A stretch of 64,000 bases of DNA. Origin: Parcubacteria group bacterium GW2011_GWA2_43_11 (GTDB lineage: Bacteria; Patescibacteriota; Minisyncoccia; Phycocordibacterales; UBA12088). The translations under genes were made by a program, and so were the position numbers. The number at the start of each line of letters is the position of its first letter. Positions within the stretch are counted from its first letter, which is position 1. The notes under the pieces are model-generated. The model had not been told where the DNA came from, did no database searches, and saw only the letters and a list, made by a program, of their open reading frames with translations. The stretch spans positions 2,446 to 66,445 of the forward strand of contig LCFC01000004.1 in the NCBI GenBank assembly GCA_000998805.1, read 5' to 3'. Below, piece by piece: positions 27,883-37,897 of this stretch.

Positions 27883-30114
27883 ATGATTAGTAAACATATT
27901 CAATGTTACGTATGTATTCTGAGCATTGCTTTGGGATCAGTGCTTTTTGCAGGAGAAGCACACGCAGTTACCTGCACTGCAGGAGCGCTTTCACAAGTCT
28001 TCTTTGGACAATCAGGAGCAAATGTCTCAAACCTACAGCAGTGCCTTATCGATGCAGGGTACAGTATCCCTGCGGGTGCTACGGGTTATTACGGTACACA
28101 AACTCAAACTGCAGTGAAGGCATTTTATCTCGCACGACTGAACTTGGGTGATTGGGATGGTAGATCGGTAGGTCCACAAGGTCGTGCAGCATTGACTAGC
28201 GCTGTAAGGACAAATCCTACGCAAACGCGTGCAAAACCAACAGGCGAAGCGAAGTCAAAAGAGTATGCGTACAAAAAAGTTTCTTCAGAAGCCGACCTTC
28301 TCACCTATATAGATGCTTCAGAGGGTATGACGTACGCAATGGGAACAGGATTACGAGCTACGTTTGCTGACGAAGATTCGGCAGTAGCACCCACACCAGC
28401 TATGGCACCAAATGCCGTTCCTTCAAGTGAAAAAACAGTCAGCGATCGTTTCAGTTCAACAAATGTACAAGTGTCAGGAATAGACGAGCCGGATATTGTG
28501 AAAACCGATGGTGAAAATATCTTTATATCGCCACAGTCGTACGGACCTTACTTTAGAGGTGGTGTAACGACTGTAGATGCCGTTGTTGCAAATGACATGA
28601 TGCCAGTCCCAAACTATGTCGACCCTACTACCAAGGTGGTAGATGCGTTTCCACCCTCTGACCTTAGTGTTATTTCAGAAGATGAGATAAAGGAAAACGG
28701 AGAAATGTTGCTTATCAGTGACACGTTACTTGTTTTTACCTATACCAGCATCGTAGCGTATGATGTAACTAACCCGGAAAGTCCAAAGAAAAAATGGGAC
28801 AGAAAGTACGGTGAGAATGTACAGCTCGTCACCGCGCGAGCAAATGATGGAGTAGTGTACCTGGTAACTTCTACCTATATATATCGAGATAGACCATGCC
28901 CTGTTGTACCACTCATGGGTGCGGGTATGGTGTTGCCATGTACGAGAATATGGGTACCGGAACATCTTGAACAATTAAATACAAGCTATTCAATATTGGC
29001 TCTCAATCCAAAAGATGGAAAGATAAATAAGGAAATTACATTCGCAGGGAAGGCAGATAATACTGTGGTTGCAATGTTTGAAGACAATATATACGTGACT
29101 CATCAGGAATCTTCCGGAAGTCGTGCGGTAGCGCTCGATTTCTTTGCGTCCGGGCTTACTGATTTGTTGTCAGATAGTGTACGTGCACGTATAGCAACCA
29201 TCGTGAGTTACGACATAAGCGACCCCTCAAAGTTAGAAGAAATCTCAAATCTTATTGAGAACGAGCAAGCAAAAATGAACAATAATGAAGCACTCCGATT
29301 TGAAACAGAACTAGCAAACCGTTTTGTGAGCTATCAAGCTCTTCATGCTCGCGACATTGACAGAACCGTCGTTACTCGTATTGCAGTAGACACACTCACT
29401 ATTGCAGAGACGAAGTCTATTCCGGGACATTTACTTAATCAGTTCTCACTCGATGAGTACAACGGGTACCTTCGCGTAGCGGTAACTGTCGGAGAGCGAT
29501 GGGGAGGAGGTACGCAAGTAAATGATGTATACGTACTTAGCAGCGCACTCGAAATTGTTGGAAGTGTTCTCGACCTCGGTTTTACTGAGCAAGTGTACTC
29601 CGCTCGCTTTATTGGAGACCGAGGCTACGTAGTGACCTTCCGACAGACAGATCCATTCTATGTGTTTGACCTCACTGACCCGCTACATCCTAAGATGACA
29701 GGAGAACTCAAGATACCAGGGTATTCAAGCTACCTTGAAGCGATAGACCATAACACAGTGCTCGGTGTGGGGCGAGATGGAGGAAATGTAAAACTCTCGC
29801 TCTTTGACGTGAGTAACCCTGCGCTACCCGTAGAACGTGCAGTGTATACACTTAAGGAAAGTTGGAGTGAAGTTGAGAATAACCACCATGCGTTTCTACG
29901 AGATAGTGAGTACAAAGTTGTCTTTATCCCAGCAAGTAACGGAGGGTATGTCATTTCGTATGACAATAACAAACTCAGTCTTAAAGCCGCTGTGAGTGGC
30001 TATGACGTACGTCGTGCAGTGTTTATAGACCAGTACTTCTACGTTGTCGGCGATGAGAAAATCACAGTATTGAACGAGAACACCTGGAAAGAGGAAAAGA
30101 CACTTTCGTTGTAA
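27883..30114 (+). CDS. Secreted protein with an N-terminal peptidoglycan-binding-like domain and a large beta-rich C-terminal region
   Basis: Signal peptide MISKHIQCYVCILSIALGSVLFAGEAHA and a PGBD-like LQQCLIDAGYSIPAGATGYYGTQTQTAVKAFY. Confidence 0.7.
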   Translation: MISKHIQCYVCILSIALGSVLFAGEAHAVTCTAGALSQVFFGQSGANVSNLQQCLIDAGYSIPAGATGYYGTQTQTAVKAFYLARLNLGDWDGRSVGPQGRAALTSAVRTNPTQTRAKPTGEAKSKEYAYKKVSSEADLLTYIDASEGMTYAMGTGLRATFADEDSAVAPTPAMAPNAVPSSEKTVSDRFSSTNVQVSGIDEPDIVKTDGENIFISPQSYGPYFRGGVTTVDAVVANDMMPVPNYVDPTTKVVDAFPPSDLSVISEDEIKENGEMLLISDTLLVFTYTSIVAYDVTNPESPKKKWDRKYGENVQLVTARANDGVVYLVTSTYIYRDRPCPVVPLMGAGMVLPCTRIWVPEHLEQLNTSYSILALNPKDGKINKEITFAGKADNTVVAMFEDNIYVTHQESSGSRAVALDFFASGLTDLLSDSVRARIATIVSYDISDPSKLEEISNLIENEQAKMNNNEALRFETELANRFVSYQALHARDIDRTVVTRIAVDTLTIAETKSIPGHLLNQFSLDEYNGYLRVAVTVGERWGGGTQVNDVYVLSSALEIVGSVLDLGFTEQVYSARFIGDRGYVVTFRQTDPFYVFDLTDPLHPKMTGELKIPGYSSYLEAIDHNTVLGVGRDGGNVKLSLFDVSNPALPVERAVYTLKESWSEVENNHHAFLRDSEYKVVFIPASNGGYVISYDNNKLSLKAAVSGYDVRRAVFIDQYFYVVGDEKITVLNENTWKEEKTLSL

Positions 30115-30331
30115 AAGTTTGTCGGGTTTGAAAGTTTAAGTCCACAAGCTTAACGGAATGTGCTTGTGGACTTTTCCTGTGTCAGTGGGAGTACGTACCC
30201 TCAGAATGTGATACCATGTTTTAAGCTCAAGTATTATTTGAATCAGTTCATATATGGTGTGGTAATACTGAACAACAGTAAATAAATGACAACAAAAAGG
30301 TATTGGTAATAAGGAATTAATAAATTAAAAC

Positions 30332-32887
30332 ATGAAACAAAAAGAATACTTAGAGTTGGAAAAAAGAACCTTTGAAATTCTCCGTCGGAGAGTCTTAACT
30401 GGTGAGTTTAAGTTTAAAAAAATATTCTTATTTCTCTGTTTTGTTATGGGAGGGTTTGTTTTTGGCGTGGGAGAAGCGAGTGCGGAAGGTATTTATATAA
30501 GTAATGCTGGTGCTGGTGATGGATCTTCTTGTGGCCAAGCTCGTTCTGTTTCATGGTTTAACGCCTCTGCTAATTGGGGTTCTGGGGATAATAAAATCAG
30601 CGATAACGATACCGTTTATTTGTGCGGAACTATAACAAGCAGTTCGTTGAGGATGGTTGCATATGGCTCTGTTGGAAATCCCTATACCATAACCTCAGCT
30701 CCTGGCCAAACAGCTATTATTGATGGTCAAAACATTCTCGATAGGGGAATTTCAGCCTACTCCTCTGGTAGCGGAGAGGTTATACTATCCAACTTAGAAA
30801 TACGCAATATTGCTGGTACTGGTATAGAAGCCAGACCCGGTGTGACAATGAAAATTGATAATGTGACTGTGAGAAACGTTTCTCAAAACTGTATAGGATT
30901 GAGTGGTAATGGTTCGTATGTTAAGAATTCAACTTTAATCGGATGTAAAAACAATGGAATAAATGGTGCCATGTTATCTAATGGACTTATTGATAACAAC
31001 ATCATTACCCTTTCAGGGACATATAATGACGGAATCACATTACACGATGGGACTGGTTCAAACAATGTTATATCAAACAACACTGTTTCTGGGGTAATAG
31101 AAGAAAATGCAATTGATATCCTACCTGGTTATTCCAATACCACTATATTTGGAAATGATCTTAGCGGAGCTACTCTTTATGTTATAGGAAGTGGTGGCGC
31201 AAATACTATTATTTACAGGAATTATATTCATGACTCTGCGAGAGGTGTATATCTAGCTGCTCCAGCGAGTGTGTATTATAACAAGCTAGTCAATTTGTCA
31301 GATGATACCTATGGTTCTGTGGGTGGTACAGGAGGACTCTACTTCACTACTGCTGATTCAAGTTTTGTGTATAACAATACCCTCGTGGAAGGTACTCAGG
31401 CTACAGGTAGAGCTATGGTGTACATAGATTCTGGGGTTGATAATGTGAAACTTAAAAATAATATTTTTGACGAGAATAAATTACAGACGACCATGTATAC
31501 GCTTGATAATCCGTCCATAGGCCTGCAAAGTGATTATAACAATTTCAACACGCCGCATACCAGATTAGTACAGAATGCGTCTACCGTCTATGCGAATCTT
31601 ACTGCCTGGAAAAATGCTGGATATGATGCAAAATCAATGTATGGTGAGCAATTGTTTTCAAATTTTAGTGCTAGGAATTTTAACCTTCTTCCAGGTTCTC
31701 CATTAATAGACGCCGGCACCTCTGTCGGTCTTACTACTGACTTTGCAGGTAATCCCATCTACGGTACTCCTGACATCGGTGCCTACGAATATCAACCCCC
31801 ACACACTATCGGAACTAGTAAAATAGACATTGGAGCTGGAGCAAGAATTTATGGAAACGGAAAATTTCGAGACATAGGAGCAACCAACTCTAATTTAGCT
31901 GATTTAACTATTACCCCTCAAAGCGGAAACTTCCAATCATTTGACACTGACGAAGTCCGTCCTGAATGGCTCGACGTCAAAAACATCACTTGGGAAGCAA
32001 CCACCAAACAATGGACCGAAAGCTCAAATAATTCAACTCTCACCAACACCCTCCACACTGTTGGAGACTTGGAGGCCAATAAATACTACAACGTTAGAGT
32101 AGATGGTACTTTAGGCTTGAAAATAACTGGAACCAACTGCACAGGTGGAATTTGCAAAGCAAACAGTAACGGAAAAATAGCGTTTACCTACACAGGAACA
32201 TACGGGGAGCATACCTTTAGAGTAGAATATGCTTATACTGCTATTCCTATTCCTACCGACACCACCGCTCCATCTGTACCATCTCTCACCGCAACCGCAG
32301 TCTCTTCTTCACAAATCAATCTCTCCTGGACTGCATCGACTGACAACGTCGGAGTAACAGGTTACAAGGTATACCGGAACGGTACATATCTAACAACAAC
32401 AACCTCCACTTCACACAACAGCACCGGTCTCACCGCTTCAACTGCCTACAGCTATCGAGTCTCTGCTGTCGACGCTGCCGGCAATGAATCCAGTCAATCT
32501 GTTGCAAAAAGTGCAACAACGCACGCAGGGACAGTGGAAACTGATGCGACACCACCTGCTGTACCATTGAATCTGATAACATTGGCAGTTTCTTCTTCAC
32601 AAATCAATCTCGCATGGACTGCTTCCACTGACAATGTCGGAGTAACAGGCTACAAGGTATACCGGAACGGTACTTACCTCACAACAACGACCTCCGCTTC
32701 GTATATCAATACCGGTCTCACAGCTTCGACCGCCTACAGTTATCGAGTCTCAGCTATCGACGCAGCAGGGAATGAGTCCAGTCAATCTACAGCGAAAAGT
32801 GCAACAACACAGGCAGGGACAGGAGGAACTGACACGACACCACCTGCGGCACCAACAGGATTTACTGCAGTGAGTGCGTCTGCGTAG
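30332..32887 (+). CDS. Cell-surface protein with a right-handed beta-helix (pectate-lyase-like) domain and tandem fibronectin type III repeats. It stops inside a third repeat.
   Basis: N-terminal TM anchor; NNIITLSGTYNDGITLHDGTGSNNVISNN beta-helix rungs; two Fn3 repeats (…SSSQINLSWTASTDNVGVTGYKVYRNGTYLTTTTS…). Confidence 0.75.
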   Translation: MKQKEYLELEKRTFEILRRRVLTGEFKFKKIFLFLCFVMGGFVFGVGEASAEGIYISNAGAGDGSSCGQARSVSWFNASANWGSGDNKISDNDTVYLCGTITSSSLRMVAYGSVGNPYTITSAPGQTAIIDGQNILDRGISAYSSGSGEVILSNLEIRNIAGTGIEARPGVTMKIDNVTVRNVSQNCIGLSGNGSYVKNSTLIGCKNNGINGAMLSNGLIDNNIITLSGTYNDGITLHDGTGSNNVISNNTVSGVIEENAIDILPGYSNTTIFGNDLSGATLYVIGSGGANTIIYRNYIHDSARGVYLAAPASVYYNKLVNLSDDTYGSVGGTGGLYFTTADSSFVYNNTLVEGTQATGRAMVYIDSGVDNVKLKNNIFDENKLQTTMYTLDNPSIGLQSDYNNFNTPHTRLVQNASTVYANLTAWKNAGYDAKSMYGEQLFSNFSARNFNLLPGSPLIDAGTSVGLTTDFAGNPIYGTPDIGAYEYQPPHTIGTSKIDIGAGARIYGNGKFRDIGATNSNLADLTITPQSGNFQSFDTDEVRPEWLDVKNITWEATTKQWTESSNNSTLTNTLHTVGDLEANKYYNVRVDGTLGLKITGTNCTGGICKANSNGKIAFTYTGTYGEHTFRVEYAYTAIPIPTDTTAPSVPSLTATAVSSSQINLSWTASTDNVGVTGYKVYRNGTYLTTTTSTSHNSTGLTASTAYSYRVSAVDAAGNESSQSVAKSATTHAGTVETDATPPAVPLNLITLAVSSSQINLAWTASTDNVGVTGYKVYRNGTYLTTTTSASYINTGLTASTAYSYRVSAIDAAGNESSQSTAKSATTQAGTGGTDTTPPAAPTGFTAVSASA
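32262..32830 (+). repeat. Tandem direct repeat of approximately 285 nt (2 units about 88% identical, plus the start of a third) encoding the Fn3 repeats
   Basis: Unit 1 at 32262–32546, unit 2 at 32547–32830, partial unit 3 at 32831–32884 ending in TAG. Confidence 0.8.
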
Positions 32888-32943
32888 ACATCAACGTTAC
32901 TGTAAATACGCAAGTAAAAAGTACCTCGCCTTCGTCGAACCTA

Positions 32944-32970
32944 AAACCCGCAAATGCGGGCTTTAGGTTT
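32944..32970 (+). terminator. Terminator hairpin AAACCCGCAAATGCGGGCTTT
   Basis: An 8-bp stem with a T-rich tail. Confidence 0.55.
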
Positions 32971-33067
32971 CCAATTTTCAACTTTAAACTCACGGCTCCT
33001 GAGGCTGTTTGTGGTTTTACCACGTGCTGTTCGTGCGTCGCATACTCTTGTTTGCTATCATAACAGG

Positions 33068-33571
33068 ATGACCATAGAAAATAAAATTAAAATAGGGTGG
33101 TTTGTGTTTTCCTGTTCGGAAGACAACACCATACTCTTTACTGAGCTTCTAAACGACCATTGGCAGGAATGGAAAAAGATTTTTGATTTCCGTCACGTAA
33201 AAGTCCTTAAAAAGAATAACATTTACGACGAATTTGATATTGCGTTTATTGAGGGAGCTATCGCAAGCCCTGAGCACGAAGAAAAGCTTAAAGACATCAG
33301 GAGTCGTAGTAAAAAAGTGGTAGCGGTGGGAGCATGTGCAGTGACGGGAGTGCCAGCAAGTCAGCGCAATACCTTTACCCCCGAGCAAAAAGAAGCGATA
33401 CAATTTCTCGTTGACCGTTTTGGCGCACTTCCCGAAGTAAAGAAAGTGGCGGATGTTGTGACGGTAGATGCTTCAGTCCCTGGATGCCCGATGAATGCTG
33501 ACATGTTTTTGAAAGCGGTGAACGGACTTGTGGCAGAGCTTCGGCCCGAGCTTGCTCAAGCACAATCTTAA
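33068..33571 (+). CDS. [NiFe]-hydrogenase small-subunit-like protein (group 3-type, short), with an atypical proximal cluster motif
   Basis: IKIGWFVFSCSED… (SCSE instead of CxxC), VAVGACAVTG, VPGCP. Confidence 0.65.
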   Translation: MTIENKIKIGWFVFSCSEDNTILFTELLNDHWQEWKKIFDFRHVKVLKKNNIYDEFDIAFIEGAIASPEHEEKLKDIRSRSKKVVAVGACAVTGVPASQRNTFTPEQKEAIQFLVDRFGALPEVKKVADVVTVDASVPGCPMNADMFLKAVNGLVAELRPELAQAQS

Positions 33572-33601
33572 CTATTACGAATTAAAATTCTACTACCGGG
33601 T

Positions 33602-35107
33602 ATGCACATGATAAACATAGAGCTGGAACACATCACTAAGATAGAAGGTGACGCGTCTATCAGTATCACTGTCGAAGATGGGAAGGCGACCAAGGTCCAC
33701 TTCATAACTGAAGAATACAAACGTTTCTTTACGGAAGCTCTGAAAGGTAAAAGTATTCTAGCGGTACCATCACACCTCTCACGCATCTGCGGTACGTGTT
33801 CAAACGCGCATGTGCTCGCTGCTATTGAAGCATGCGAGATGGCACTTGATATACAGCCTACCAAGCAAACAATGATGCTTCGCGCTCTTACCCTGCATGG
33901 ACTCACAATTCGCGACCATGCACTCCACCTCTACCTGTTCTGTATGCCGGACATCTATGGGAAGGATGCGTTTCTCGACTTTGATGAAAACGACCCCCAT
34001 GAGAACCAATTGCTACATGATGCGTTTGCGATAAAGAGCGCGGGGAACTTCCTCGCTACTATCATTGCAGGGAGGTCAATTCACGCGATGTTTCCGGCTA
34101 TTGGAGGCTTTATTAAGTATCCGGATGCCGAACAGGTCGCGCAAGCAATAGAAAAACTTGAAAGTGTACGCGAGGCTACGGTACGACTTGTCGCGGAGTT
34201 TGAGAAATGCACGTTTGCCTTTGACCGACATACCGACTACATGGCACTTTTGCCTGACGAAGGGTATGGATATATTAATGGCAGAATACGTACGAGTAAG
34301 GGTGAGGTGTATGACGAGAAGCTCTACCGTGAGCTTGTCGAGCACGTGGTATTGCCATACTCGCAAGCGAGCGCGTATCAGTACAAAGGAGACTCCTATA
34401 TGGTGGGTGCACTTGCTCGTATGAACATAGCTCGGGATAAGCTACATCCAAAGACGAAAGAATCGTGTCAATCCGCACTTGCACTGTTTCCCTCAACAAA
34501 CATTTTTCACAACAACTTGGCTCAGGCAATAGAAATTATGCATTCGGTTGATGAGAGTATCGACCTTCTTAAAAACAACCCTATAGTACAAGAAGATTTG
34601 GTTAAGATGCCATATCGAGAAGCCACAGGTATTGGGGTTATTGAGGCTCCTCGTGGAGCGCTCTACCATAAGATTCATGTAGGGGCGGACGGCAAGATAA
34701 TGGATGGAGAAGTCATCGTACCTACAGGGCAAAACCAGATAAATATTGAAGAGGACTGCGGACGACTCGTCGAAGATCTCGTGGCAAAAGGGGTGACTGA
34801 CGTGGAGGCGATAACTTTCGAGCTCGAAAAGCTCATCCGTGCCTATGACCCCTGTATGTCCTGCGCCGCAGCGCCAAATCGTGAAGAGCGAAACGAATTC
34901 TCAGAAGAACAACAAGAGATTATTGAAATGTATCAACAAGAGTTGCGAGACCTTGAAACGTGGAGAAATGAGCTTCTTCAGAAATGTGAAGCAAACGAGC
35001 GTGATGGAAAAGATTGTAATGCGCTACGGCAAGTAATAGAAGATGAGTATTTTGAAAAAGAATTGGAATTACGTCAAAGAGCCCACTATGCGGAGCACTC
35101 CGTATAG
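33602..35107 (+). CDS. [NiFe]-hydrogenase large-subunit-like protein with an unusual approximately 80-aa charged C-terminal extension
   Basis: N-terminal L1 motif RICGTCSNAH; C-terminal DPCMSCAAA (the L2 motif lacks the usual His/Arg), then APNREERNEF…HYAEHSV. Confidence 0.8.
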   Translation: MHMINIELEHITKIEGDASISITVEDGKATKVHFITEEYKRFFTEALKGKSILAVPSHLSRICGTCSNAHVLAAIEACEMALDIQPTKQTMMLRALTLHGLTIRDHALHLYLFCMPDIYGKDAFLDFDENDPHENQLLHDAFAIKSAGNFLATIIAGRSIHAMFPAIGGFIKYPDAEQVAQAIEKLESVREATVRLVAEFEKCTFAFDRHTDYMALLPDEGYGYINGRIRTSKGEVYDEKLYRELVEHVVLPYSQASAYQYKGDSYMVGALARMNIARDKLHPKTKESCQSALALFPSTNIFHNNLAQAIEIMHSVDESIDLLKNNPIVQEDLVKMPYREATGIGVIEAPRGALYHKIHVGADGKIMDGEVIVPTGQNQINIEEDCGRLVEDLVAKGVTDVEAITFELEKLIRAYDPCMSCAAAPNREERNEFSEEQQEIIEMYQQELRDLETWRNELLQKCEANERDGKDCNALRQVIEDEYFEKELELRQRAHYAEHSV

Positions 35108-35190
35108 TTGATTCAGTTCTATACTGAAGTCCTCTTAATTATAGCGAAATCCTTGATATGTCATGATAGGTTGGATGATTAAAAATAAGA

Positions 35191-35216
35191 ACAAGCCCCT
35201 TGTGAGAGGGGCTTGT
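35191..35216. terminator. Bidirectional terminator hairpin between convergent genes (ACAAGCCCCTTGTGAGAGGGGCTTGT)
   Basis: Perfect stem followed by GTCTGTTTTGTTT. Confidence 0.55.
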
Positions 35217-35227
35217 GTCTGTTTTGT

Positions 35228-35608
35228 TTAAGAGACTTCTTCCGGGAAGCTCCAAGCATCCGGACATTTGCAGAGGTCAAGATTCCAAAGATCATCTTCA
35301 CTGTGATCATGCGGGCATGCTTCCATACTTACGATTTTTCGACATACGTAACACTGCCAAAAGTACTCGACCGTACCTTCAGCGCAACCGAGCATTCTTT
35401 TCACCTCCTCATCAGGTAGCTGTTTCTTGTTTTTTCCGTCACCGAGCCATACTACGAGTCGATGATTCGGGTGAGGTGTGTACTCCTCCCACGGACGCAC
35501 TTCGGCGAATTCCTTCCGAAAAATTTCGGGCGGATTGTCTGTTGCATAAGTGCAAGATTTGCATGACTTGCATTCGGGAATCAGCAGGAAAGCGATAAGT
35601 TTAGACAT
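35228..35608 (-). CDS. Cysteine-rich small protein (10 Cys), hypothetical metal-binding
   Basis: ECKSCKSCTY…GCAEG…QCYVCRK…ACPHDH…CKCPD. Confidence 0.5.
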   Translation of the reverse strand: MSKLIAFLLIPECKSCKSCTYATDNPPEIFRKEFAEVRPWEEYTPHPNHRLVVWLGDGKNKKQLPDEEVKRMLGCAEGTVEYFWQCYVCRKIVSMEACPHDHSEDDLWNLDLCKCPDAWSFPEEVS

Positions 35609-35836
35609 TTTCTCCTCCAGGGTTTACTTAAACTAAATAAGTGCTTCAGTGAACACTCAGCCTGCAAGGTACTATACACTAAATTTTAAATAATACTAGA
35701 ATTAATTCTAGTATTATTTCTGAAAACAGATTGCTTGAGTTTATAAAAATTATATATTTTGATACAAGGTGATGTGTATTTATAACAAAAGGCAGAGCAA
35801 GTAAACTTTAGCTCTGCCCTAATCTTGCGAATACAG

Positions 35837-36253
35837 TTAGATATTCGATTTCCAATAACCACTCTCGTCTAACGCTTCCATGTACTCAGGGAAATCTATT
35901 GCAAATTTTTTATCTATTCTTGTTAAAGCAACGCATTGCCATGCAACACCTAAGAAACAGCAACTAATTGGAACAGTGAGCAGGAAAGATATACTTTCAA
36001 ATCTGAGTAGAAAGTAAGCGCCTACTAGGAGTGACAGAAGAGCTAAAACAAAACCCGTTCCCACTCTTAGGTCGCCAATGCTATCCCTGTATTCTTGATG
36101 GCACTTTTCTGCTGCCCTAACTTCTACGTCGCAAAATTTTCGCCCTATGAGCTCCATTGCTCCACATTCAGGACATTTTTTACGAACTGCTTCACCGCAT
36201 TCACTGCAGAAATTTCCAAGTTGTCCTTTGTGTTTACATGTATCAGTATTCAT
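35837..36253 (-). CDS. Zinc-ribbon membrane protein (N-terminal CxxC…CxxC, two TM helices)
   Basis: CKHKGQLGNFCSECGEAVRKKCPECG followed by hydrophobic segments. Confidence 0.55.
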   Translation of the reverse strand: MNTDTCKHKGQLGNFCSECGEAVRKKCPECGAMELIGRKFCDVEVRAAEKCHQEYRDSIGDLRVGTGFVLALLSLLVGAYFLLRFESISFLLTVPISCCFLGVAWQCVALTRIDKKFAIDFPEYMEALDESGYWKSNI

Positions 36254-36275
36254 TTTACCCCTCCATTTGGTATTT

Positions 36276-36412
36276 TTGACAAACAGCCATCTATGTATCT
36301 GTCATGCAAGATAGCGTTACATGTTACTTTGTCAATCAATATAATTGAAGTTTTGCCTTATTTTGGCTTAATATAGCAACTTTCCAATTTGATTTGTCAA
36401 ATATATTGACAG
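36276..36412. promoter_or_regulatory. Divergent control region with repeated TGACA/TGTCA half-sites, including a near-palindrome TTGTCAAATATATTGACAG
   Basis: Half-sites start at 36276, 36303, 36330 and 36390–36409. It sits immediately upstream of the TrmB-like regulator. Confidence 0.35.
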
Positions 36413-36439
36413 AATTATTGTTCATAGTACCATGAACTC

Positions 36440-37186
36440 ATGGACAAAGGACTTGAAAAGCTTCTGGAGGAAGTGGGTTTTACTCAAAAAGAAGCAAAAG
36501 TATATTTGGCTCTTTTAGAACTCAATATAGGCAATGTGAAAGAAATTGCCAGAATCACACAACTGAAAAGACCCATAATTTATGTAATTTTGGAAGGACT
36601 CATTAAAAGGGGGTATGCCAGTGAATCCCTGGAAACAAAAATAAACATCTATCAACCTACTGATCCTTCAGTAATACTGAACAAGCTGCGGAACAACTAT
36701 AAAAATTTTCATGAAATGCTTCCCATCTTTCGCTCGCTGGGGAATCGAGGTAAGAAGCGTCCGAAGATTACCTATCACGAAACTAAGGAAGGTATTGTTA
36801 GTGTTTGGGAAGATATGAATAATTTTCAAGATGTCTTTCTTATTTCCTCCTATCGAAGAATAGAGGATCATTTTCCAGGACTTCTTGATAAGTGGCTTCA
36901 TGAGATGAAAAAGGGGATTATAAATCCAGGCTTTCGTCAGCTTGTCTCAGACAACCCATTTAATATTCGTCTTGCTAAGAAGTTTATGTTTAGCAAAAAT
37001 CAGAGAGTACGTTTTTTGCCTGAACTGCGCAATTCTCACATGGATTTCGCCATTTTTGGAAATAAATTAGCCATCACATCCCTTGGTGAAGATCCATTTA
37101 TTGTGGCTATCGAATCAGAAGAATTGGTTCATTCCATAAAACCACTTTTTGAGCTGGCGTGGAAAAACGGGGAGCGTATTAAATAA
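36440..37186 (+). CDS. TrmB-family transcriptional regulator (N-terminal wHTH)
   Basis: LGFTQKEAKVYLALLELNIGNVKEIARITQLKRPIIYVILEGLIKRGY matches the TrmB N-terminal signature. Confidence 0.7.
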   Translation: MDKGLEKLLEEVGFTQKEAKVYLALLELNIGNVKEIARITQLKRPIIYVILEGLIKRGYASESLETKINIYQPTDPSVILNKLRNNYKNFHEMLPIFRSLGNRGKKRPKITYHETKEGIVSVWEDMNNFQDVFLISSYRRIEDHFPGLLDKWLHEMKKGIINPGFRQLVSDNPFNIRLAKKFMFSKNQRVRFLPELRNSHMDFAIFGNKLAITSLGEDPFIVAIESEELVHSIKPLFELAWKNGERIK

Positions 37187-37381
37187 CATGTGGTAGTAGA
37201 TTTATATTTTTTATACTGGAACCACTACTATTATCACGTGCATACGGAAACAATAATCTCGAATTTTGAAATCTCATCCGTGTACCCTTGTATGTCCTAT
37301 GCCGCGCACTTCCTGTAATAATGATACCGTCACACAAAGGCTGTGTGACGGTATTTTACTACTCTGGATTTTTCTACTCGT

Positions 37382-37789
37382 TCAACTTTCCACGTCCGTA
37401 GACATGGGATTGAGTTGTATTAGAGACCCTTCATCTACAAGCCAGTCCATGGCCACAGAGACAAACTTTTTAACAAGCTCGTTGTCTCCTGTGTTACTGC
37501 GCATTTCAATAGGGCGACCATCCTCGTAGAAATAAAGACCTATGGTGAAAGTTTGTCCTTTGGTGCGTCTCGGTTTGGTCTTTTTTTCCATGCTTTTGTG
37601 CTGCTGTATCCAGCGCGCAAGAGGCCAAAAGATGTCTAACCTGTTGTCAATTTCTGAAATACTGTTTTTTTCGATACACAGGTTGGATTTTACTTCTATG
37701 TTCTTTGGTGTGGTGCCGTCTCTCTCACACGAAACGTGAAGGAATATCGTGGTGTCTGCGGGTTTCGGTTGGATTCTCCAGTTTATCAT
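37382..37789 (-). CDS. Hypothetical protein
   Basis: 135-aa ORF. Confidence 0.45.
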   Translation of the reverse strand: MINWRIQPKPADTTIFLHVSCERDGTTPKNIEVKSNLCIEKNSISEIDNRLDIFWPLARWIQQHKSMEKKTKPRRTKGQTFTIGLYFYEDGRPIEMRSNTGDNELVKKFVSVAMDWLVDEGSLIQLNPMSTDVES

Positions 37790-37897
37790 TTCTTCACCTC
37801 TCTTGTGTTTGGAAAGCCAGTATCTTTCAGTGTATGTACCTATTTTCGATTGTACATGAGAAAAAAAAGAACACTAGTATACATACTATAATTAATA

